From positions 224,001 through 288,000 of the forward strand of contig CBDCTZ010000008.1 in the NCBI GenBank assembly GCA_965222375.1: a stretch of 64,000 nucleotides of DNA. The letters are read 5' to 3'. The first letter of the stretch is position 1. Each line of letters opens with the position of its first letter. Both the position numbers and the translations under genes were made by a program. This DNA comes from Polyangiaceae bacterium (GTDB lineage Bacteria > Myxococcota_A > Polyangia > Polyangiales > Polyangiaceae). Below are positions 29,568-38,112 of the stretch, piece by piece. The notes below the pieces were generated by a model, which made no database searches, was not told the origin of the DNA, and worked only from the letters and a program-made list of their open reading frames with translations.

Positions 29568-30860
29568 ATGGCAGAAATGGCGGGCGGATCGCGACGCGGA
29601 TTCTTGGGAGCCAGCCTGAGCTTCGGCCTGGGGCTCCTCGTGGGCGGACGCCTGGGGGCGCCTCGAGCCTTCGCGCCGGGATTGCCCATGCCCCTCAACG
29701 AGGACGAAACCGAGTACGTCACCGAAGCACTGGCGGCCCTGGACCGCACCAAGATCTGGGATACTCACGTACACATCGTCGGCTTGGGTCGAGGCGACAG
29801 CGGCTGCTGGGTCAATCCCAAGAGCATGAGCCACCTGCATCCGCTGAGGCGGCTGCGCTTCGAGATCTACCTACACGCCGCAGGAGTCACGGATCTGGCC
29901 CGAGCCGACGAGCTCTACGTCGCCCGCTTGTTGGAGCTGTTTCGGTTGGCCAACCCGACCGGCAAGATGCTCGGCCTGGCCTTCGACTACGCCGTCGACG
30001 AAAACGGACAAGAGACGCCCAAGTACTCGGAGTTCTACACGCCCACCGAATACGTCCTTCGTCTCGCCAAGCAGTACTCGGAGATCCTGCCTTGCGCCAG
30101 CGTGCACCCGTACCGCAAAGATGCCTCCGATCGCTTGCGTCGCTTCGTTCAAGAGGGCGCCATCGCGGTCAAGTGGTTGCCCAACGCCATGGGCATCGAC
30201 CCTCTGTCGTCGAAGTGCGACGCCTTCTACAGGACGCTGCAGGAGCTCTCCATTCCCCTGATCTCCCACGCGGGTGAGGAGCAAGCCGTCGAGGTCAGCG
30301 GCTGGCAGGAGTTCGGCAACCCACTGCGCCTACGGCGCGCGTTGGACGCAGGAGTGCGGGTCGTGGTGGCCCACTGCGCCAGCCTGGGCGACGTGGAGGA
30401 CCTCGACGCGGGGCCGGGCCAGGAGATCTCGGCCTTCACGGCCTTCATGCGCCTGTTCACGGACAAGCGTTACAAAGATCTACTCTACGCTGACATCTCC
30501 GCGATGACGCAGTTTTCTCGATGCGGCCGCCCTCTGCGCGAGATCTTGCTTTCCACGGATTTGCACCCGCGACTGCTCTACGCCTCGGACTACCCCCTAC
30601 CCGCCATCGACCCCTTGGTCTCGACGCGGATCTTGGAGCGCGAGGGCTATCTCACACCCGAAGATCGCGAGAAGTGCAACCGCCTATATCGGAAGAACCC
30701 ACTGCTCTTCGACCTGGTGCTCAAGCGCAAGCTGCGCCTCGAACACAAGAACAACACCCACGTCTTTTCTCCGGCCGTGTTTCAAACCGCCAACTTCTTC
30801 TCCCCCCCGCCCGCGGCGGCTGCGCCAACCCCGCCCGTAGCCCCCGCGGCCCAACCCTAG
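29568..30860 (+). CDS. Tat-exported amidohydrolase family protein
   Basis: SRRGFL Tat motif; DTHVH, SVHP, SHAG, AHCAS, YASDYP. Confidence 0.85.
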   Translation: MAEMAGGSRRGFLGASLSFGLGLLVGGRLGAPRAFAPGLPMPLNEDETEYVTEALAALDRTKIWDTHVHIVGLGRGDSGCWVNPKSMSHLHPLRRLRFEIYLHAAGVTDLARADELYVARLLELFRLANPTGKMLGLAFDYAVDENGQETPKYSEFYTPTEYVLRLAKQYSEILPCASVHPYRKDASDRLRRFVQEGAIAVKWLPNAMGIDPLSSKCDAFYRTLQELSIPLISHAGEEQAVEVSGWQEFGNPLRLRRALDAGVRVVVAHCASLGDVEDLDAGPGQEISAFTAFMRLFTDKRYKDLLYADISAMTQFSRCGRPLREILLSTDLHPRLLYASDYPLPAIDPLVSTRILEREGYLTPEDREKCNRLYRKNPLLFDLVLKRKLRLEHKNNTHVFSPAVFQTANFFSPPPAAAAPTPPVAPAAQP

Positions 30861-30867
30861 AGGTCCC

Positions 30868-31410
30868 ATGGAGCTGAGCCCCTTCACGATGCTCACGCTG
30901 TTCATTCGCGGTCAGATGGTGTTCATGCTGCCCGCGCTCGTGGTGCTCGTGATCGTACGCCGCAAGTTTGGCGGCTGGGACATCAAGGACTGGGTCGTCG
31001 CGGGTGCCGTTGCCATCACCATCGTGGTGGACTTCATGGCCACCGCGGACCTGGAAGCGCACTATCTGGAACAGATCGGCACCAAGACCACTGGCACCAT
31101 CACCCGCAAGTGGTACGTCGACGGCGAAAACTCCACGACCTTCAAAGTGAACGTGCAGTTCAAAGGCTACGAGGACGACTACGAGGTCAACGAAGGCTAC
31201 TGGGACACGCTCAAGCCGCCCGTTGCCACACCGGTGTTCTACGATCCCGAGTACCCCACGGATTTCGTGCCCGAGTTCCGCCGCGCCGCCGCCCATCCAG
31301 CAGAGGTCGTGGGCGGCCTTCTGGTCGTGGCGGTCATCCTGGAACTCGCCATTTTTGGCTGGGTCCTGCTGCGTATCGTCGAGCGTTTCCGGCGCAAGGC
31401 GCCCGAGTAG
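30868..31410 (+). CDS. membrane protein (DUF3592-like)
   Basis: TMs flanking GTKTTGTIT..VFYDPEYP. Confidence 0.5.
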   Translation: MELSPFTMLTLFIRGQMVFMLPALVVLVIVRRKFGGWDIKDWVVAGAVAITIVVDFMATADLEAHYLEQIGTKTTGTITRKWYVDGENSTTFKVNVQFKGYEDDYEVNEGYWDTLKPPVATPVFYDPEYPTDFVPEFRRAAAHPAEVVGGLLVVAVILELAIFGWVLLRIVERFRRKAPE

Positions 31411-31531
31411 CCAGCCGCGGCGGCCCCGGACTGCGGCCCAGCGCGCCGCGCAAACGCTGCGCAGGCCAGCCGGCGCGACCCACCCTTTGTCCTGGCCAAG
31501 ATCGGGCTTTCGCACTAAACCCCTTCCCCCT

Positions 31532-31605
31532 CGGGGTGTACCTCAACCTGGTAGAGGGCCGGCTTTGGGTGCCGGACGTTGAGAGTTCAAATCTCTCCAC
31601 CCCGA
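31532..31605 (+). tRNA. tRNA-Pro (TGG)
   Basis: Full cloverleaf: CGGGGTG/CACCCCG acceptor, CCTC/GAGG D arm, CCGGC-TTTGGGT-GCCGG anticodon arm, GAGAG-TTCAAAT-CTCTC T arm; CCA not encoded. Confidence 0.97.
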
Positions 31606-32925
31606 CTGGTTTTTCCACTTCGCCTTGCCCCGTTTGGACACAGCTCCTGTCCGAACGCCAACGCGGAGCTTTGGCAACGCCGCCTCAGGGAGGGCCCGAA
31701 TCCTGCCACCGCTCTGGAGATAGCGCTGGTGCGCCTCCAGTGAGGCGTGCCCTGCCAGAGCTGTGGCTTGCTGGACATTGACGTCTGCGTCAGCCAGGGC
31801 CTGCGAGTAGGCCCGGCGCCAGCTGTGAAAGTCCACGGGCAAAGTGAAGTCGGTTTCGACGAACAGCTCCCGTTCCCGCGGCGTCATTTCGCGCTTCTGC
31901 TTCCAAGCCATCCGAACCAACTTGCGGCGGTTAGACCTGATGGTTTCGCGCTTCTCTAGCCCGTCGACCCCGAAGGCGCGCCGCAGGTCACGACGGAACG
32001 CCAGGGCGTGGCTCGTCTTGCCCTTGGGCTCCCCGGCCCGCTGTCCACGCCTCGACGGGAACAAGTGGCCCGTCGTTGGACGCCCTGCCCGCTCCCACCA
32101 GTCCCGCAGGATCGGCCGAAGCATCTCCGGCACCTCCAAGAGTTGGGGGCGCCGGGTCTTGCGCCTCGGTGCCCAACCCCACGTAAAGCCCGCGGCGGTG
32201 CCACCAGGGCCGGGCTCAAGGTCAAAGGCCTCCCAACACAGCGTGTGCAGGTCGCCGGTGCGCAGCCCGCCGAACATCCGTGCGATGCAGGCCATGGTTT
32301 GACGCTCCAGCACTCCATTGCGCCATTCCTTCTCAGGATGCTCCCAGGCCAGGTAGACCGCGAGTTCTTGGTCCGTCAGAACGGCTCGCTCTTTCCTAAC
32401 CGCCTCGGGAAACTTCGGCATGGTGACCCCATCCGCGGGGTTCGCATCGACGGCACCCTCGCGGACCAGCGCTGCGAAAACGTTGCGGAGGTCTTGCTTC
32501 AGGTGTGTGACGGTCTGCCTCGACTTGCCAGCGGCCTTGCAGTCGTCCAGCACGGTGTTGAGGTCGGTCGTTGGGATCTTGGTGACCTCGGCGTCCCAGA
32601 TCGCCGTCGCGTAGGCCTTCAGCCTCGCGATCTCGTCTTTGGCTCCGACCACGCCATCCGAGACCCGCGCCTCGTGCACGCGCTCCGCAACATAACCGAA
32701 CGGCTCGGCCCGCGCCGCGGTCTCAGCGGTGGGAACAATGCCTCTCTCAGCGTCGGCCACGAGCTTCGCTAGCTTTCGCCGTGCAAGTGTCTTGTTCGCT
32801 GTTCCGAGTGGGAACCAGCGTTTCTCTTTGACAGGTTTCCCGTCGACGTAGCCGACAACGACGGGGATGCGTGCGGCCCAGCCTGCCTTGGTCCAGATCA
32901 GTGTGCCTGTTGGTTTTCGGGGCAT
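31543..32925 (-). CDS. int: tyrosine recombinase/integrase (reads through attL into the tRNA antisense)
   Basis: GGLRTGD (R), DFHSWRR (HxxR), LAGH, HQRY (Y); N-terminal arm-binding-like domain. Confidence 0.93.
   Translation of the reverse strand: MPRKPTGTLIWTKAGWAARIPVVVGYVDGKPVKEKRWFPLGTANKTLARRKLAKLVADAERGIVPTAETAARAEPFGYVAERVHEARVSDGVVGAKDEIARLKAYATAIWDAEVTKIPTTDLNTVLDDCKAAGKSRQTVTHLKQDLRNVFAALVREGAVDANPADGVTMPKFPEAVRKERAVLTDQELAVYLAWEHPEKEWRNGVLERQTMACIARMFGGLRTGDLHTLCWEAFDLEPGPGGTAAGFTWGWAPRRKTRRPQLLEVPEMLRPILRDWWERAGRPTTGHLFPSRRGQRAGEPKGKTSHALAFRRDLRRAFGVDGLEKRETIRSNRRKLVRMAWKQKREMTPRERELFVETDFTLPVDFHSWRRAYSQALADADVNVQQATALAGHASLEAHQRYLQSGGRIRALPEAALPKLRVGVRTGAVSKRGKAKWKNQSGWRDLNSQRPAPKAGPLPG
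31562..31614 (+). repeat. attL core (3' part of tRNA-Pro plus 9 nt)
   Basis: GCTTTGGGTGCCGGACGTTGAGAGTTCAAATCTCTCCACCCCGACTGGTTTTT, identical to 45457-45509. Confidence 0.95.
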
Positions 32926-32939
32926 GTCAGGTCCTCTAG

Positions 32940-33866
32940 CTAGATGCGGTAGGGCGCCTGTGAAGGCCGAACCAGATCCGGCGAATACCCATGTGTTTTG
33001 AGCAAAGACCGAGCCCCGTGTGGTCCAGTTTCGGGATTCTGTAGCGGACCAAGTATCACGCTCTCCAGCTCAAATTGCCGTCCCCTCGCCGCCGGGATCT
33101 TCACGAAAGGGACAACTCCGGTCGCCCGCGCGCGATGGCACACCAAGTTGGTCTTGAGTGACCCCGCAGCCAAGAGCCTCCACTCGCGTTCCTCTGCGAA
33201 CGCGGAGTGCTTCGCTCTCGGCACAAGGAGGGCAGCCTGACGGAGCATTATCACCACCGCACGCTTCGCAACCGGGACCACGTCGGACACGTTGCGGTCC
33301 GAGACGAACTTGGCGAAGGACTCGGCTAGACGGCGAAACTGATGTCGCATCCGCGCCTGGAGCTTCTGCTCATCGTATTCAACCTTCGCAAGCATCAGCG
33401 CCAACGAGTCTGGCGTGAGTTCCACGCCTTCTTTCGGCATGGGGAGTTGCGCGAAGCCAACCGAGAAGCCCGCACCACCACTTGCATAGCCACGCCACTG
33501 GCTCAAGAGGTCGCCATCCTCAGAGAACGACGCGAGGAACAGATCCGCGACCTCACTCAACGGGACCTTCTTATGGGCCTCGCAGAACTTGCGCAACAGT
33601 TCGTCCGCAAGGTGGTTGCCGGTGGTGACCGTCTCCGCTGCAGCGTCCACCAGACGCTGACCGAGTTTCAGTTCCTCACGATCGTTCAGGTGCAGCGCGT
33701 GTGTCGCCCAAATCTCGCCTTTCTCGATCATTCCAACGAACCCCGTCGCGTCGGTGTAGTGGTAGAGCGGCACGTTCTGGGTGTCGTCGAGTTCTTCCAG
33801 CGAGAGCGCCTCTTCGAGCTCGACGAGTAGTGATTCCTCCTTTGAGTTCGACTCGGAAACTGTCAC
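32940..33866 (-). CDS. DUF2971 domain-containing protein
   Basis: LYHYTD..G..IWAT..LND..E, SFSEDGDLLSQWRGY, KHSAFAEEREWR. Confidence 0.85.
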   Translation of the reverse strand: MTVSESNSKEESLLVELEEALSLEELDDTQNVPLYHYTDATGFVGMIEKGEIWATHALHLNDREELKLGQRLVDAAAETVTTGNHLADELLRKFCEAHKKVPLSEVADLFLASFSEDGDLLSQWRGYASGGAGFSVGFAQLPMPKEGVELTPDSLALMLAKVEYDEQKLQARMRHQFRRLAESFAKFVSDRNVSDVVPVAKRAVVIMLRQAALLVPRAKHSAFAEEREWRLLAAGSLKTNLVCHRARATGVVPFVKIPAARGRQFELESVILGPLQNPETGPHGARSLLKTHGYSPDLVRPSQAPYRI

Positions 33867-33932
33867 GGCCGCGCCTCTGTGAGGGCATGCGCTTCCGTGG
33901 CTGCTTTCTCCGTCATGGCACTTCTCCTGGCC

Positions 33933-34118
33933 TCAGCGCTTCCGCTTCGTCTTGGGGCGGGCAGCGGCCCTGATCGGCACACCGAGCTGTACGGCGTAGG
34001 CCCTAACGGCCCGCCGCACGATGTCCGAGCGCTTCAATCGCTCGACCTGTGCGCAAGCCTCCAGCAGCTCCAGGTCATCCGGAGGGAACTTCACACACAC
34101 CGTGGTCAGATCGGCCAT
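33933..34118 (-). CDS. ribbon-helix-helix (CopG-like) DNA-binding protein
   Basis: TTVCVKFPPDDLELLEACAQVERLKRSDIVRRAV beta-alpha-alpha pattern. Confidence 0.7.
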   Translation of the reverse strand: MADLTTVCVKFPPDDLELLEACAQVERLKRSDIVRRAVRAYAVQLGVPIRAAARPKTKRKR

Positions 34119-34229
34119 GGAAGACACGGTAATACTGTGTCTTCCATGAATCAAGCACGAGATGCCAAAAAACGGCCTTCAAGCAAGCGCATGTGTCGTT
34201 CCCGTTGAACGCGGTAGGATGTCCACGAG

Positions 34230-34754
34230 ATGACCGACCGGAGCGACCCGCTCAACCAAGGAATCGAGAAGGCAGTCCCACCTCGCAAGCAACCACACTG
34301 GTTCTGGCAGGGCCTGAGTACTGGTGTCGTCGGGGGACTCCTCGGCGCGGGAGTCGGCATAGTGGGTGGCGTCTATCACCTAGGAAAACTCGAAGAACGG
34401 CTCGACACAATCAGGGCAGATGTCACCGGCAAGCTGGAGGCGGTGCGAGCAGAGGTGCGCGGGAACAGAACACTCATCGAAAACCACAAGGCCTGGCACG
34501 ATGGGCGCGCGGGCAGTCCAGTGCACGCAGCGCCAATGCCATCGGCCAACCCGCCTGGGAAGCGCGACATGCCTTGGACACCGGAGTTCCGTAAAGCGCG
34601 AGAAGCGTATTGCACCAAGCGCTGTGGTCAGAAGTACCCTGAGACCACGTGCCACGGAGAATGTCGTCAGCAGTTCCACGATTGCGGCATGGGCTGCAGA
34701 GCAGACCCAAAGGACCCGTGCTTCAAATCTTGCGTGAAAGCGCTGAATCGCTAG
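34230..34754 (+). CDS. membrane-anchored protein with Cys-rich C-terminal domain
   Basis: Gly-rich TM, short coiled coil, 8-Cys tail CTKRC..TCHGEC.. Confidence 0.6.
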   Translation: MTDRSDPLNQGIEKAVPPRKQPHWFWQGLSTGVVGGLLGAGVGIVGGVYHLGKLEERLDTIRADVTGKLEAVRAEVRGNRTLIENHKAWHDGRAGSPVHAAPMPSANPPGKRDMPWTPEFRKAREAYCTKRCGQKYPETTCHGECRQQFHDCGMGCRADPKDPCFKSCVKALNR

Positions 34755-34775
34755 GACAACCGACGGACGTGCCTG

Positions 34776-35663
34776 ATGAGGGACTACGAGCTTGACGAAC
34801 TGAAGGAGTTGTCCAAGCGGCTCGATGCCAAGTCGACCCTCCGGGAAGATGAAGTCAAGGTAAAATCGCGCACGGGTTGGAGCGTGACCGTGGAGGCACC
34901 TTCCATTGAACACTTGAACGTAAGAAGCACAGACCGACGGCGGGCTCGACTCACTCTCAAATCCGCACTGATCGAGCAGCTAGGCGAGCGCGGTCTCCTT
35001 CGGCCGAGCGAGCTGGATGACGTTCAATACGGCTACGGGGATGCGGCAACCCACAACCAAGAGGTGTTCGAGGACCTCTCCGGCATTCTTGAGCAAGGCC
35101 GGGCGGAAGAAGAGCTTCAGAAGTGCCTTGGGCGACATCCCGACATCTGGCGCTTTCTCGTCGGAACGAGGCCGCAAGTTGTCGACAAGATGCCACTTGG
35201 GCAGGCGTTTGTAACGGACTTCGTTGTGTTTGGCGCCGTCCTATGGGGTCAGTCGGAGACACCGACGGCAACGTTTGTGGAGATAGAGCGCGCTGACGCG
35301 AAGCTGTTCACCGCGAAAGGCGATCCTACGCGCGAACTGACGCACGGATTGCGCCAACTGCGAAACTGGAGGCAGTGGATCGCGGACCACAAGCAACAGG
35401 TGCGCGAACACCTGCTGGAGAAGACGCACCTTTCGTGGGAGCGACACGGCTACGAGGGACGGAGCGCTGGTGTTCCTGCGTACGGCTTCGCTGACGAATA
35501 CCTTCTGGTCATCGGTCGCAGGGGAAGCATGACTCCCGCCCAACGTTGGCAGTTGCAGCAGCTGTCTGCGGAACTGCCGAAAACGAATATCGTGACGTAC
35601 GATCTACTGCTGGACGTAGTTTGCCCAGAAGCTCCCTGGCCTCGTTGGATGGTCGAGGACTGA
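34776..35663 (+). CDS. Shedu (SduA)/DUF4263-family nuclease, copy 1
   Basis: EEELQKCL..HP, TDFVV, FVEIER..KLF, LTHGLRQLRNWRQWI, LLVIGRR, IVTYDLLL: DUF4263 motif order. Confidence 0.8.
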   Translation: MRDYELDELKELSKRLDAKSTLREDEVKVKSRTGWSVTVEAPSIEHLNVRSTDRRRARLTLKSALIEQLGERGLLRPSELDDVQYGYGDAATHNQEVFEDLSGILEQGRAEEELQKCLGRHPDIWRFLVGTRPQVVDKMPLGQAFVTDFVVFGAVLWGQSETPTATFVEIERADAKLFTAKGDPTRELTHGLRQLRNWRQWIADHKQQVREHLLEKTHLSWERHGYEGRSAGVPAYGFADEYLLVIGRRGSMTPAQRWQLQQLSAELPKTNIVTYDLLLDVVCPEAPWPRWMVED

Positions 35664-35796
35664 CGGCCCCAACAGCCGCCGAACCTCGATTGTCGCTGCC
35701 CGCAATAGTCCGCAGGCACCTGCTTCGCACTCGGCGCATTGACGCGGACATGGCCTGCCGTTCCAATGACTGCCGTTCGACACGAAAGGCCGAACC

Positions 35797-36684
35797 ATGG
35801 GCGATGACGAGCTAGAAGAACTGGAGCACTTGGCGAAACGTCTGGATCCCGACGCGAGCATCGTAGAACACGAGACGGACACGCCGCCCGCTCCCAAGTG
35901 GGTCGTGACTGTCGATGCGCGAACGTTGGAACCGGTGGAAATTCGATGTGCGAGCCGATCGCATGCCAGGCGTACTCTCAAGTCGTCCCTCCTTGAGCTA
36001 CTGGGCGAACGCGGGATGCTTCGCGCGCCCGAGGTCAACCGAGAAAACTGGGACCAGTCTGTTCCAGGAATGCAAAACGAGAAGGCGCACGCCGAGCTCC
36101 TAGACGTGCTCGCGAGCGGACGAGTCGAAGAGGACCTTCAAAAGTGTCTTGAGCGACACCCCGATATCTGGCGCTTTCTCGTCGCAACTAAGCCGCAGGT
36201 GGTGAACAAGATGCCTCTGGGGCATGACATGGTGACCGACTTTGTCGTTTTCGGCGCCGCGCCCTGGTCTCAATCTCAAATGCCGACGGCGACGTTTGTC
36301 GAGATTGAGCGCGCTGACGCAAAAATGTTCACTGCGAAGGGTGATGCGGCGCGGGAATTGACTCATGGCTTGGGCCAACTTCGAGATTGGAAACGGTGGA
36401 TTGGCGACCACAAGCAGGAGGTTCGGGAGTACCTCCTGGAGCACACCGCACTCAGCTGGGAGCGACATGGTTTCGAGGGCGAGTACGGCATGCCCCCATT
36501 TGGATTCGAAGACCGCTACCTACTTGTCATCGGCCGCAGGGCGAGCATGACGTCGGCCCAACGCTTTCAGCTGCACAAGTTGTGCGAAGACACTCCCAAA
36601 ACCACAATCGTCACGTTCGACATGCTCCTTGACGTGGTGTGTCCCGAAGCGCCGTACTTTCCGCCCTGGATGTGGGACGACTGA
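35797..36684 (+). CDS. Shedu (SduA)/DUF4263-family nuclease, copy 2
   Basis: Paralogue of copy 1 with the same motifs (EEDLQKCL, TDFVV, VEIER, GQLRDW, VIGRR, VTFD). Confidence 0.8.
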   Translation: MGDDELEELEHLAKRLDPDASIVEHETDTPPAPKWVVTVDARTLEPVEIRCASRSHARRTLKSSLLELLGERGMLRAPEVNRENWDQSVPGMQNEKAHAELLDVLASGRVEEDLQKCLERHPDIWRFLVATKPQVVNKMPLGHDMVTDFVVFGAAPWSQSQMPTATFVEIERADAKMFTAKGDAARELTHGLGQLRDWKRWIGDHKQEVREYLLEHTALSWERHGFEGEYGMPPFGFEDRYLLVIGRRASMTSAQRFQLHKLCEDTPKTTIVTFDMLLDVVCPEAPYFPPWMWDD

Positions 36685-36765
36685 CACGGACTACCCCTCT
36701 CGCCAGCAGGCCTTGCTTCGCGAGAGGGTCTCGGGCTGGGTGGTCCGCAAGCCACACCTCACCGG

Positions 36766-37680
36766 TCAGGGAAGCGCGAACGTTGAGAGGTCGATAGGCT
36801 CACCAGTTGCCAGGTGAAGAAACGGCTTCTGGAGGCGACCAGCAGCTGCGGCGTACGCCTTCGGGCTTGGCATTAGCTCAGGCTCGCGCAAGCCCAACAC
36901 ACGCGCAAGCCCGGCAGCGGAGCAAGGAGCCAAGCCACACTTGAACAACTTCCTAGCACACGGTTCGAAACCGTCATGGACAGTTCCCCAGGGGAAAGCG
37001 TCAACGAACCCTGTGCCAGGTTCAGGCCGCAGCTTGCTAGCCTCAACGAGGCCGGCACGGACGGATGCCACGACCTGGGCCGTACACACGTCCGAGTTCT
37101 CATCGGTGGGAAAGTCGGCGATGAGCATCTTCATTTTCGTGGGAAATGCTGTCCAACATTTCGCTCGTTCTTGCCCGGTGCGCTTGCCGCCGGCAGCTTG
37201 GTAGCAAAGGCCGTGGCACGTCTGATCGTTGCAACGCCTCTGGCAGCGTTCGTAACTCTCCGTGTACTGGAGAGATCCGTCGCGGCGTTCGTAGATGACG
37301 CCGCGGGCACAAGTATTGGCCTCGTTGTACTTGACCTCGGCGCGCCGCAGGATGGGGTAGCTGCTCCGCAGCGCGCGCGCCATTGCCGTGGCCTGCAGAA
37401 GCGTGCGTGGTTGCACTTCCGGAGTCTCCGCCGCCTGCGTGGCTTCCGGCTGTGCGCCACGCCGCGCGAGCAAGTAGACCGCAAGCCCCAGGACGACAAC
37501 AACTCCAATGAGCCAAGCACCTCGTGCTGAGTATCTCCTGCCGCTTTGTGGTCGTCCCGTTGGTCGCAGCCCTGACGGATGGTCCACGGCACGGTGCTGC
37601 GCGAGACCACTACCACAGTGCTTGCACTTGATCGCTTCCGTCCGGATCTCCTCGGCGCAGTATGGACATTTGCTCGTCAT
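36766..37680 (-). CDS. zinc-ribbon membrane protein with Cys-rich external domain
   Basis: CPYCAEEI..AIKCKHCGS, single TM, CQRRC..TCHGLC. Confidence 0.7.
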   Translation of the reverse strand: MTSKCPYCAEEIRTEAIKCKHCGSGLAQHRAVDHPSGLRPTGRPQSGRRYSARGAWLIGVVVVLGLAVYLLARRGAQPEATQAAETPEVQPRTLLQATAMARALRSSYPILRRAEVKYNEANTCARGVIYERRDGSLQYTESYERCQRRCNDQTCHGLCYQAAGGKRTGQERAKCWTAFPTKMKMLIADFPTDENSDVCTAQVVASVRAGLVEASKLRPEPGTGFVDAFPWGTVHDGFEPCARKLFKCGLAPCSAAGLARVLGLREPELMPSPKAYAAAAGRLQKPFLHLATGEPIDLSTFALP

Positions 37681-37763
37681 CTTCGCTCCGCTAGGTCGCC
37701 CAGCTAGACACGGTACTCGAATACCGTGGCCGCGACAACGCGACGGGGCCTACGTGGTCGCAA

Positions 37764-38027
37764 ATGCCGAAGCGCACGCGTTCTCCGGACACGACGCTGC
37801 TGCGCCAGGTGGGCGCTCGCGTTCGGCATGCGCGACTGGCCGCAGGATTGACACAAGAGGACGCGGCCGGACAAGCAGGAATGGACTGGCGTCGGTGGCA
37901 ACGTCTCGAGGCTGGCGAGGTTAACGCGACCATTGGCACGCTCGGACGCGTGGCGAATGCGCTTGGCTCGGATCTTTGGTGCCTTCTCGGGTCGACTGAT
38001 CCGCGAAAACCTCGACGCCCAAGGTAG
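37764..38027 (+). CDS. XRE-family HTH regulator
   Basis: VGARVRHARLAAGLTQEDAA..WQRLEAGEVNATIGTLGRVANAL. Confidence 0.9.
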   Translation: MPKRTRSPDTTLLRQVGARVRHARLAAGLTQEDAAGQAGMDWRRWQRLEAGEVNATIGTLGRVANALGSDLWCLLGSTDPRKPRRPR

Positions 38028-38112
38028 GCTCCTTGATCGGAGAGCGTCGGGAAGAAAGCGCCCAACTCGGCATCGCAGCAAGTCGTTACGCACGCAGCAC
38101 ACGTCAGCCCCA

